From NCBI GenBank assembly GCA_038496445.1, contig JALMLS010000120.1, forward strand, positions 1 through 64,000: a DNA stretch of 64,000 nt, given 5' to 3'. This document shows, in pieces, positions 1 through 10,920 of this stretch. Positions within the stretch are counted from its first letter, which is position 1, and each line of letters starts with the position of its first letter. Source of the DNA: Trichosphaerium sp. ATCC 40318. Lineage: Eukaryota; Protista; Tubulinea. The notes under the pieces are model-generated. The model was given only the letters and a program-made list of their open reading frames with translations. It was not told where the DNA came from and searched no databases. A program made the position numbers and the translations under genes.

Positions 1-1108
1 GTTGTTGTATCTACTAATCTACGAGTTCGTAAACTATAGCATGGGTTCTACTTTGTTCCGGTACGTATAGGATAAGACAGGGTCTACTTAATCTTAAAAA
101 TGTGAGAAACTACAGATAATTGTCCTTGAGATATTACGAACTTATGGTTTGTTGCTACGCGCAAGAAGAGCAATTTCTGAAATAAAATAATACTACCCAT
201 AAATACTCGGGTATTGAAAAAAATGAGTTTTCTAGCTGTAGAAGTCCAAAAAGAACTAGTCTTTGAAGTGTAGTGTATTTTTATAAGTGCTGGTGCATAT
301 TAGAGAGTTGTCGGCTTGGTTTTGGGTATTGGTTTAAAAATCAGTGAAAATAAGTCAACCAGCATTTGACTTAGGTCCTTAAGTCCTTTGATTTTATTAA
401 TCATTTTACGGAACAACCATCACCCACACATAGGTAAACATCTAATTACTTCGATTAATACACTACCCGTGGCCTGGCACTCAATTTTTCGTAGGCTGAC
501 GACATAGTTAAGTCCCAAAACCAAAACCAAAAAAGAATTAAAACAATGGGAAGCATTTTTGTATGTTCAAGTGTCGCTGAAGCCAATGTCGGATACATGA
601 ATTGTGGTCTATGTAAATGCTGTCTTTGCTTGGATATGAAAATAGTAGACAAGAACATAAAGGCTTTTGTTTGTTGTACAACAAAACCAGTACAACCTGT
701 TTTAGAGGGTAAAATAAGAAACGCTTATAAATAACACTAAGCGCCAACTTTTTTTGGAAAGCACGGCGCCAGTCGATTCAAAGTTGTAAAAAGTTAATAA
801 AGTAGAAACTTTCTAGTGATTATCATTTGGCGGTCTGTTTGTCCGGTTTAGCTATTTAACAAAAAAGATCTAACGACTTAAATGACTTCTAGTAGCTTGA
901 AATTTTTTCTGTTTTCATTGCAGAACCTGGTACAGAAGAGACGCCTAAAGTTTACATAGGTGCTCACATGATTTGCTTGCATTCATACACATGCTGCTAA
1001 AATACAAAGCAACAAGTACAGATCTTTAGTTGGTAAAATATTGTCCGTTTCAGTCAAGTTGGTCTAGTTATTTCGTCATTTGTTTTTTTCTCATAAAAGT
1101 GCTCCAAC

Positions 1109-1232
1109 TGTAAGAGGTATAAGTGTACGGGTATCCGAGTGGTAGTGAACTCCGTAGTGTATTTATTGTGTCCCCTTAAGGGGGTTTTGTACAAGGTTAA
1201 GTCATAATAAATCACGTGTTGTGTATCTTACA
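1109..1232 (-). repeat. 3' LTR (124 bp)
   Basis: Identical to 8513-8636; TG...CA ends with 7-bp terminal inverted repeat. Confidence 0.97.
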
Positions 1233-1251
1233 GGACTCCCTTTCTTCTTAA
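1233..1251 (-). promoter_or_regulatory. Polypurine tract
   Basis: Minus strand AAGAAGAAAGGGAG lies just before the 3' LTR. Confidence 0.8.
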
Positions 1252-1369
1252 GCTAGCGTCTCGTTAGTCGATCCATCTCTTCCATATCTATCATCTTCAG
1301 CTCTTGGCTCGGAAACCTTCATAACCGTGGACCAGTACTTGTACTGGAGGTCGATTTAGCCTCACTGTA

Positions 1370-4300
1370 TTATTGATCTCCAGACAACGCTAGTGCAACA
1401 TCTAATGCGAAGCGATCTTCAAAGTGTTCGATGAGATCATCTAACCATTCTCTGACCTCTTCTTTGGTTCTCAATTTCTTTAACTCTTTTGTCATCCTTC
1501 CTTGAATGTAGGCATCTCTAACGTATGGAGATCCTTTACCAATCAAATTCTTCAATCCTGATTTGATCTTCGTTGCTTTCATCTTGGGGGCTACAGCTGC
1601 TATATCTTTGAGTAATCCTAGTAATAGATCCGTCCTATGTGCTTTATTCCTTGTATTTATGCGTCTGTGGGTCTTCTGTGTTTGTATCTCTTGCGTAACT
1701 ACCCCTTTTTTGAGTGTATCTGCCAGGTCTTCTGTCAATTGTATGTCTTTTGTTGGTTCTACATAGTCGTCATCGCCTATCTTTCGTATCTCTTCATCGC
1801 TTTCGAATTTGTTAAAAATAAATGTTTCATCCTCTGGTCTCAGGAATGAATCTATGAACGGTTTAACCCTTTCCACATTGATGACTCTGCTCATTCTGCT
1901 GTCTTCTGGTAAATTTAGTAGGCATGTGGTTGGTCCAGGTCTACTGAGTATCGTGTAGGGTCCTCTCCATTTGCAGGTAAACTTTCCTTCATCTTCTTGT
2001 CGGTATGGTACACTGAGCCATACTAGTTGACCTGCTTTGTAATCTACGAATCGTCGTTTTTTGTTGTAATATCTCGCTTGATCTTTCTTCGCTTTCAGTA
2101 TGGCTTTCTTCGCTATCTGGTATGAGTATCTCAATCTATGTGCCAGTACATCTGCCCAGTGAGACATCTTGTATTTATCTGGTATCTGTACTTTATCTTC
2201 TGATAACATATCTAGTGGTATGCGTGGTTCTCTTCCAAACATAAGCATAAAAGGCGAGTACTTGGTAGAATGATGTACTGCAGTCCGATATGCGTACAGC
2301 GCGTATGGGATCCAATAATCCCAATCGTTTTGTTGCGCATTTACGAATGACTTCAGTATTTCAACGATAGTGTGGTTGAACCGTTCGGTTTGTCCATCCG
2401 TCTGTGGATGAAACGCTGTGGTTCTTTTCGGGTGGATGTATAGCATGTTCGTCACTGTAGATAAGAACTTTCCCGTGAAATCTTTGCCTTGATCGGTTAA
2501 TACCTGTTTGGGTAGACCGTATCTGAAGCAGAATTCTTTAACGAATACCGGTGCTACGTCTGTGGCGTGATGACTGACCAATGGATATGCGTCCGACCAT
2601 TTGGTGAAGTGATCTGTGATCACCAGCATGTACTTATATCCCCTTGCTGTTTGTGGTAGCGGTCCTACTATGTCCATGGCTACCACTTGCATCGGTTCTA
2701 GGATAGGGAAGTTCACTGTGAATCCACCTTTAGGTAATCTTGGCGTCTTAGCCTTCTGGCATTTTTTGCATGATTCACACCATTCCCTCACATCTGCGTA
2801 CATGTTGGGCCAGTAGAATCGCTCACTAAGCCTTTGGTACGTTTTAATGAAACCAAAGTGTCCTGCGAATGGTGCATCGTGGCCTTGTCTCATCACGAAA
2901 TTCTGCAGCATACTTGGTACGTATATTTTGACGCGTCTGTTGCTGGCCTTTCCCTTGTGCCTTTTATCCACTTGATATAGGATATGTGTATCATCATCAT
3001 ATCCCAGGCCCTTGACTTTTGTTATGAATGTGGAGCGTCTGAATCCGTTCTCTCTGCGTGTCCATTCGGGTATGGTGCCTTTGATTATGAATTGTATGTA
3101 CGCTCTGATATCTGGATCTGTTTTCTGACATTCACTCCAGTCGATCGGTTCTGTTTTTTGTACTGTTTGCTTCAGTTCTTCACTGTCATCGCTTCTATCT
3201 ACTTGGTGGCGTGTTTCTGTGTGATCTTCATCTTCTATGTGATTTAGTTCTTCGCCTGATGATAGTGGAGGTCTTGTGAGGGCGTTGGCGTCTAAGTGTT
3301 TGGAGCCACGTTTGTATTTGAGTTTGAAGTCATAGTTCTGTAACTCTAGTAACCATCTAGCCACTAATGCTCTCGGGTTCTTTAGGTTCTGAATGTATTC
3401 CAACGGTTTATGGTCTGTATACACCATCAAGGTGAATTGAGTAAGGGATATATATCCTGCAAACTCTTTTATTGCCGATATGACTCCTAGCGTTTCTCGC
3501 TCTATTGTAGAGTATTTCCTCTGCGTAGCTGTAAAAGCTTTGCTAAAATAGGCGATCACGTGCTCTCTTCCATTTATTCGTTGTACTAGTGTAGCGCCCA
3601 ATGCTACTTGTGATGCGTCTACATGCACTTCGAATGGCAATGTGAAATCTGGATGTTGTAATATCGGTGGTGATATCAGCATCTCTTTTAGTGTTTCAAA
3701 TGCCTTTTGATGTTCTTCTTGCCATTTCCATTCGACGTCTTTACGTTTTAACTTGTTTAGTGGGCTCGCGATGTGTGCATATCGGTGTACGAATCGTCTG
3801 TAATATCCAGTTATCCCCAAGAATCGTTCCACCTCTGTGATATCTCTAGGTGCCGATGCATCTCTGATCGTCTTGATGATGCGTGGGTTGGTAGCTATTC
3901 CGTTAGCTGTCACTACATGTCCAAGGAATTCTACTTCATCTTTGAATATGACCGTCTTGTCTGCTTTCAGTTTGATGTTATGTTCTCGCAATCTTTGGAA
4001 CATGAAGTTGAGATGTACTAAGTGTTCTTCGAATGTACTGCTGAACACGATGATGTCATCTACATAACAAAGACACACTTGCCATAACAGTCCTGATAGC
4101 ATGAGGTTCATGTGTCTCTGGAACGTGGCTTGCGCATTCTTCAAACCGAATGGCATTCCTAACCATTCGTATAATCCCCATGGTGTTGCAAATGCTGTTT
4201 TGGACCGATCTCTCTTCGCCATCGCTATCTGCCAGTATCCAGAGATAGCGTCAAAGAGTGAGAAGAACTTGGCTCTGGACAATGCTTCAAGTAGTTCAGT

Positions 4301-6200
4301 GATTCGTGGTAATGGGTGTACATCTTTCTTGGTTACTTTGTTAAGCTCCCTGTAGTCGATGCAGAATCTCCATGTACCATCCTTCTTTTTTACTAACACT
4401 ACGGGCGCCGACCATTGCGATTTAGATTCTTGTATCACTCCCATTTTCAGCATCTTTTCCACTTCGTCTTTCACAATTTGGTACTTCTGAGGTGGTAAAG
4501 GTCTGTATGGTATGTGTACCGGTCTTGTTCCCTCTTTGGTGTCGATATAATGCTCTGTGCCTTTTGCATCTGCCGGTTGTTCTAATTTTGATGTAAATAC
4601 GTCTAGATTATCGGCCATGAATGTGTAGGCTACTTCTTTCTGTTCCTCTGATATGTTACTTCCCTCCATTTTGAACATGTGTTTCGCTTTCGCTACATCT
4701 TCTTGTGTCACTTTTTTGCACGATATCTTGATGTTCTTCATCTCTTTTTCGTAATCTATATCCAGAGATGTGACTTCTTCGTCGTCTGTGATAGTGCGAA
4801 AGCTGGCAATGTTGCATCCCTTCTTTATTATTCGCGTACGGTTTGACATATTCATCACTTGTGTAGGTACCATGAATCTGTTAACCACATTGCAACAGGT
4901 TCGAGCCAGTTGTATGCCCAATTTATTGAATACTACATCGTTGCCATTGACGTCATCGTGTTTGTGTGCTTCTACTATTCCTGTTTTCGCTGTCACCGGA
5001 GATGATAGTCGTGCCCAGAATACGCATTGTGAGTATTTGGGTATTTTGACTCGTCCTTCTGTGATAACGTGTGTTTCATCTGGCTTCGCTGCTGCCTCTC
5101 TGATTCTGTCGATATGAGTGATCTCGCCTTTGGCATTTGTGATGACCTCGTCTTTGAAGTCGAGTTTGAGTCCAAATTCTTTGATCATGTTGAGGCCCAG
5201 TAATAATTTGTATCTGAATTTCTTGACGACGTGAAATAGTACGTTGCGTTTATCTGTTCCGATTGTAATCGGTACTGTCGCTGTTCCAATGATCGGTAGC
5301 GGCTTGTTGTTTGCTGCGAATACTTTTGCGTGATTGTTGGTTCGCATCGCTCTCCGTTTGCTTATTCGTCGCAGAGTATCGTGACTGATGATGCTGCATG
5401 TCGCTCCAGAGTCTATGACGGCCGTGGTGTCTTTTATGTTTCCAATCATCACTTTAGCGGTGGTAATCTTGTATGAGTACTGCTTCTTAACAGGGCCGTC
5501 TGCAATAGCGTTAACACTGTCATCGTTAAGTAGTCGAGTGTGTTCTATGCAATGGTTATGCCTTTTGCCCTCTAATGGTGTCTGTACGCTTGTCTTAGGC
5601 GTCTGGGCTTGTTCACCGTCATTTTCACTGAGCAACAAAGCAACGCCGTTCATATGCGAGCGATTCGATTGTCTTTGTGCTAGAGCGCGGTTAAAAGAGT
5701 AATTATGCCCAGTGGGCGAGACAACAACAGGGTAATTCCAAATTCTTTTATTTATCTCCACAGTGTTCACACCATTGTAACGACTAGGACATCTCACTGC
5801 AGAATGATCACGGCCGCCACAGATCTGACATATGCGCTTCTCTTCGCTATCGTCTCTTCGACTATCTCTTCTGTCTCTGTCATCGCGTCTGTGGTAGTAT
5901 CTATCGTCTCGTCTCGACTTGTCGTCGCGTCTGTATCTATCACGTCTGTCTCTATCGCGTCTGTCTCGATCATCTCGCCGGTATGAGTCATCTCGTCTGT
6001 CTCTGTCGCGTCTGTCGTTATCGAGGCGTCGTCTCTTGTCTCTGTCGTAGCGGTCGTCTTCGGCACGTGGTCGAGGGCGTCTGTCCAAAGGTCGTTTGTC
6101 TCTGTTGGTGGGTCTTCTATCTCGGCGATCTTCTGCTCTTCTGTCTTTGTTTCGATCGTGATTGTACGTCTCTGGTCGGCGTGGGTTGGATGGGTTGTCT
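1370..6200 (-). CDS. pol: Gag C-terminus (RD-rich tract, CCHC knuckle) plus Pol (aspartic protease, RT, RNase H, integrase)
   Basis: CQICGGRDHSAVRC knuckle; VIDSGATCS protease; WRFCIDYRELN, MPFGLKNA and YVDD in RT; VDAS/ERE/TDHKPL in RNase H; HHCC, MDIVGP, TDQG, GQTERFN and GPY in integrase. The frame is open back to the insertion junction at 6200. Confidence 0.96.
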
Positions 6201-7231
6201 CAGTGGTAAAATGAAAACAGGATTTTGGATATAAATCCCACTAAATTCCTTTGTTTTAGGGATTTTTAAGGTAATTTGTGAAGAATTCTTATTTTTATTT
6301 TTTTTTATGGCAGGATTTTTGATAGAATTACCATAATATTCCCTTAAATATGGAATTTTCAGAATTATTGTACAAAATCCAGCAAATAATGTTCTAATTT
6401 AGTTAGGGTTAGGGTTAGGGCTAGGGTTGAGGTTTATGAAAGTACAAATTAAGTTAGGGTTAGGGTTTAGTTTTATATTTGCAAAAAACCATTGACACCT
6501 TAGGTACATAGGTTTTTCTAGCGAACAATATCCACATGCTATTATTAAAGGTGCAAAAACCAATGGTACAGGTTAAAGTGCGTTAATCCAAAAAGTAACG
6601 GAGAACGCGTTTTAGGTGGTTTGAAAAATCACTTAAACATAACTATCTCTTACTTATCTGTTTTAGGATGATTAAAGCATTGCAACAGCCTTATTACACC
6701 ATTAAAGAATGTATTTAAAGCATTAACTCCAAGTACGTTGTTTTTAAAGCTTATTTCCACTTAATTTATCAAAAAACCCTACGCGTTCTTAATTTAGCAT
6801 TTACAAACGCATTAATTATTGTTCAGGCTCTCAAAACCAAATGCGATCAAATTACTTCTTTCGTTTATGAAGACACGATGTATTTAACTTGTACGTGTTA
6901 TTTAGGATGTTTGTATTTGTAATGATCAATAAATAAAATGACTTTGCGTTAAATCTGAACCAAAGTATCGAATAATATTTTGTGTAATTTATAAAGTATT
7001 TTTTATTGAAATCTACAAAAAATACATTAAGAAATGCTATAAAGAATACATAGAGAATTCTATATAAAATACATATGCAATTCCAAAAGTAATACTCTAA
7101 GAATTCTATGGGTAATACTTACGGAATTTCATATAAATTCAATGGGAATGAAGGAAGAGTTTTTCCGTCTACTTTTCCCATAGGAAAATAGGGTGGATTA
7201 CTTAAAAATTCCCATTTCTATTTTACTACTG
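6201..7231. mobile_element. Non-autonomous TIR DNA transposon (EnSpm/CMC-like), 1031 bp, inserted in gag
   Basis: Imperfect TIRs CAGT(G/A)GTAAAAT; 2-bp TSD CT (6199-6200 and 7232-7233); AT-rich with no long ORF; GAATT-type subterminal repeats; removal restores the gag-pol frame. Confidence 0.88.
6403..6465 (+). repeat. Telomere-like TTAGGG repeats inside the nested element
   Basis: (TTAGGG)3-CTAGGG-TTGAGG at 6403-6432 and (TTAGGG)2 at 6454-6465. Confidence 0.85.
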
Positions 7232-8474
7232 CTCGCATTGGTTTGGGCGCTTTAGGATTGTTTCGTGTTTGTTTTATCTTGGGTGTGATGATAGCGTTCA
7301 CCTCCTCTTCCTCCATGTTGTTGTTGCTCTTGCGTTCTCTCTCCTTCATTAACTTGAGCATCTTTAACTTGTCTCTGTGTTTCTGCTCTGCCGCTGTAGC
7401 CAGTTTGATGAGTTCCTCGTATTCCATTTTGGTGTTGTCGTAATGTCCGTAGTGCTTCTTTACCTTGATCTGTAGTGCTGGTAGCATGGCTGTGAAGAAT
7501 ATACGCGTCTTCTCTTCGACTGGTTGTCGCGCCATGTTTGCCCAACGATCAATATAGGCACGGAAATCTTCAACTGACTGACCAATAGACTGTTGTGCGG
7601 CTTGGAGTTTTCTATATGCTTCCTCTGTACCCCGTATGTATTGAAAGTGTCTGATGAGTGCCAGTATCGCTTTGGCTGGTTCTGTTGTATCGAGGTTGCT
7701 GACCATCGTGTAGGCGTCCTCCTGGGTGAATTTGGCCAATAAGAATAGATATCCAGCTTTGTCGATGTTGTATGTATCAACCATCTGTCGTAATCTGGTG
7801 AGAAACACGTACATCGATCGAACTGATATATTTTTTCCAAACACAGCCGACTTCTCTGGTACTTTGCCTGCCTTGCCCAATCGAATAGACTTACTCCAAT
7901 CATTGCCCACAATCTTTCCTTCGGTGTTCTTGACAGCGTATGGTAAGAAGCTGTATATGTGTTTGAGCTCTTCTTCTGAACACTCCAGTGAATGTAGCGT
8001 ATCTAGCGTGCCTCTTTCGTATGCTGATACGCTGGATGTGCTTTCGTGTACTTCTCGTCGTACTCGATCTATGGTATCCTCGTTATCGGTGTCATCGCTA
8101 TCATCTGAACCATCAGGCGTCTCGGTGTTTTTGGTGTCGGGTCCTTTGTTTTTCTCAGTTCTGTTTTTTGTTATCTTCCGTCTCTTCTTCTCCTTAGTGT
8201 GTTCTGTGGTGTTGGAGGCGCGCTTGCGTATCTTCTTGGGCGTACTAGTGAGCGTGGGTTTCCTGTTGGTACGTTTCGGAGCGGTCGTGTTTCCTTTGGA
8301 GGCGGCGCCAGCCGCCTTGTTTGGTGGAGCTTCTTTAGAGTTCTCTTCATCGGAGCTCATTGGTACTTTTATCACATCATCTTCGCTCTCGCCATTATCT
8401 TCGTTGATAGACTTTTCTTCGTTATCCCCCTGTGTATCATCACCCTCTTTAAGGGTAGCGTCATTGTCGTTCAT
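7218..8474 (-). CDS. gag: Gag N-terminal/capsid part, truncated by a stop codon inside the nested element's TIR
   Basis: 418-aa ORF starting just after the PBS; capsid-like motif QQSIGQSVEDFRAYI. Confidence 0.88.
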   Translation of the reverse strand: MNDNDATLKEGDDTQGDNEEKSINEDNGESEDDVIKVPMSSDEENSKEAPPNKAAGAASKGNTTAPKRTNRKPTLTSTPKKIRKRASNTTEHTKEKKRRKITKNRTEKNKGPDTKNTETPDGSDDSDDTDNEDTIDRVRREVHESTSSVSAYERGTLDTLHSLECSEEELKHIYSFLPYAVKNTEGKIVGNDWSKSIRLGKAGKVPEKSAVFGKNISVRSMYVFLTRLRQMVDTYNIDKAGYLFLLAKFTQEDAYTMVSNLDTTEPAKAILALIRHFQYIRGTEEAYRKLQAAQQSIGQSVEDFRAYIDRWANMARQPVEEKTRIFFTAMLPALQIKVKKHYGHYDNTKMEYEELIKLATAAEQKHRDKLKMLKLMKERERKSNNNMEEEEVNAIITPKIKQTRNNPKAPKPMRAVVK

Positions 8475-8484
8475 ATTGCGTAAA

Positions 8485-8510
8485 GGTTCGAATCCGGCTC
8501 AGTGTCGCCA
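8485..8510 (-). promoter_or_regulatory. Primer binding site complementary to a tRNA 3' end
   Basis: Plus strand GGTTCGAATCCGGCTCAGTGTCGCCA (T-loop through CCA), 2 nt from the 5' LTR. Confidence 0.9.
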
Positions 8511-8512
8511 AA

Positions 8513-8636
8513 TGTAAGAGGTATAAGTGTACGGGTATCCGAGTGGTAGTGAACTCCGTAGTGTATTTATTGTGTCCCCTTAAGGGGGTTTTGTACAAGG
8601 TTAAGTCATAATAAATCACGTGTTGTGTATCTTACA
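8513..8636 (-). repeat. 5' LTR (124 bp)
   Basis: Identical to 1109-1232. Confidence 0.97.
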
Positions 8637-9283
8637 CAACACTGCTTCCAGAGCGAAAATAACTGGTTAAACGGACAATATTAGATAGAAAAATACAAAA
8701 ATGAAGTAGAACATTGTTTTCTATCTTTACAAATTAGGTCAATTTTTGATGTACTTTTGGAGTCATTAAAGTCGACTTAAGCAAAGTCATTTAGGTTGTC
8801 AAAAACTGGATAGAGCTAACTCACTAAAAGACGAAGACGCAACTTTCCTGTCATACACGCCTAACGCCAGCATTGCGAACTTGTCAGTGTATAGTATTTC
8901 TTCATAATTTTAATCGATTTTGATCCTACACGCTACATTATCTGGTGTGATATACAAACTCTGTTCAATCGAACATTTTATCGCTGAAGCTTGTATTTCA
9001 GAAAGCCATTCGCTATGGCTGTAGCTCTACAATATCCAAAATTGTGAGTTGTAAATAGAGGCGGTACTTAGTTCTTGCAAGATCTTACACTTTGATACTT
9101 CTGCCAAACACCTGTAGCAAACTTGAACGATACGGACAATATGTGTATAAGTATAGAATCCTATGTGTCAACCAAAACATGTTAAACAGCCGATAACAGA
9201 TTTCGTTGCTGAGGTTCTTAGCAGTTAAGCCGGACCACGACCTCTAACCACACATTGGTCTGCCGCGCTGTACATGCGTAACA

Positions 9284-10710
9284 ATGGAGGAAAAAGAATG
9301 CTGTTTGTCGCCTTTAGAGTCATTTCCACACGAGATTCTGGTGTTAATATGCCACAACCTTAATGTCGAGCATTTCCTTGCTCTTAGCGTAACTTCAAAA
9401 GAGTTTAACTAGTTTTCAGCCGACAATATTTTATGGCAGCGTCTTTACGCCCAAACCTTCATAACGGAACCTAGAGGTAGCGTTTAAAAGGAACAACACG
9501 TGATTTACAATAAACTATACAAGGTGACAACATTAAGGACGCTTTCATCTGCGAATGGAAGAACAAGGTACCGTTCTAACGAAAACCACAAAAATTCGTC
9601 ACTTCAAAGTACAAACATCATTTAACACACTTAGTTGCTGTTACTTAAAATTGACAGGTCCGTATGTCATGCTGACTTATACCTCTCATCTGGTTTTGCA
9701 GTTCTTCTTATGAACAAGACGATGTCATCAACTTACGTTCACCAATGTTGAAACTGTCTAAAAAGCAAAACAAGAAGTTAAAGTCATCGCACTACAGTAA
9801 CTCTATCTTTGCTTCCCAGTTTTTTCTTATTTTGTTTTCAAATCTGAAAAACAAGCACATGATTTACTTGTATTTAGATTAGATGCTGCTTTTTTGGATT
9901 AATAGCTTCAGGATGTGTAAGTTTGTCTAAAAGGAGATTTGTTACAAGCACAACAATATGGCGTGTTAAATCTTTTCAATAGTTTTCGACATGGTTTTTT
10001 TAAGCCACTTTATTTGACTGCTTACTCACTTTGCTTTATTTTTCTGTCTCTAACGAATATTTCCAAGACTTCTATAATATTAAGATATACGTACAATTCT
10101 TTTAGTGGTAAATACGATCCTACTATTGGCACGAATTCATACAAAAAAGCATCAATCAAAACTCTTTTGCAAAAACCATTACCCTTTGCTTATTTGTCAA
10201 TTAGAAGATACAATCCTTATATCTACCTTGAAAGGAGATTTTTATTCTTATATGGACATCACAGATACATCTGGTATGTTTAGGTACTGCGAGAGTTTCA
10301 CCATTTTATCATTTATTTTTTTGTAGTTTTGCGTCCGTGCATCTTGTTCGCCATTTTGATATATTTTTCCTTGTGTACTCCATAGCGCATAAACGTAGTT
10401 TTGAAGAGCTTTCATATTACAGATACGTTATCATGGGTACTACTCAGAGACATGTAGCCATTCTAGTACGTGTAGAAAATGTGTCTTTGCACATATTAGC
10501 AAAATGACTTTTTGTGTTCACATGTGATGTTAGGTGGCAAACAAGTCCGATTTAGAAGATGAAAGACAAGTATCATATGAAGAGGGAAAAGCGCTTGCGG
10601 AGGCATGGGGTATACCATTTGTAAGAGTGAGTTGTAAGACAGGAAAGAATATTCAAAATCTTTTCTCGCTTGCAGTTGACGAATACCTAGTTAAGGTGTT
10701 GGAACAATAA
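9284..10710 (+). pseudogene. F-box plus Ras-like GTPase fusion, multi-exon, with an in-frame TAG
   Basis: Exon 1 LESFPHEILVLICHNLNVEHFLALSVTSKEFN*FSADNILWQRLY (TAG at 9410-9412). Downstream YDPTIG, DITDTSG, LVYSI..RSFEE and VANKSDLEDERQVSYEEGKALAEAWGIPF; no CAAX. Confidence 0.75.
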
Positions 10711-10920
10711 TCATTATGTACGTTTATCTCATGTACCTAAGTACAGTATCTAATATTTGCCTGTTAGTGATAAACCGATAAAACCCCAAGCTATCAAAAT
10801 GGAGCTCTTTCAACGACTTTTATAAGCAAAATGTAAAACAATAAAAATTGTGAGTTAAAGTGTTATGCAAACCACAATGCACGTGCAAACTCATTTTCGC
10901 TAAAAAATCTGCTCGGTTAA

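Larger units (their letters stand above)
1109..8636 (-). mobile_element. Full-length Ty3/gypsy LTR retrotransposon, interrupted by a nested DNA element
   Basis: Two identical 124-bp LTRs (TGTAAGA...TCTTACA), 4-bp TSD CAAC at 1105-1108 and 8637-8640, PBS, PPT, and gag-PR-RT-RH-IN order. Confidence 0.97.

Noticed and set aside
546-734. 62-aa Cys-rich ORF
   Set aside because: Short, with no recognisable motif or supporting structure
6403-6465. True telomere or chromosome-fusion scar
   Set aside because: Only a few degenerate units, all lying inside a TIR/TSD-bounded insertion
6201-7231. Nested element acting as a spliceable intron (Introner-like) that restores gag-pol
   Set aside because: The terminal GT donors paired with the TSD AG acceptor leave +2 or +5 nt, so the product is out of frame
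8485-8510. tRNA gene
   Set aside because: Only the 3' fragment is present and the T-stem 5' partner does not pair; it is the PBS
7726-8517. 263-aa plus-strand ORF and other ORFs antisense to gag-pol
   Set aside because: Antisense shadows of a biased coding strand with no recognisable motifs
9410-9412. Stop-codon reassignment (TAG read as sense)
   Set aside because: The paralogs ending at 42507 and 52707 use TAA and TAG at the same position, and conserved genes show no internal TAG
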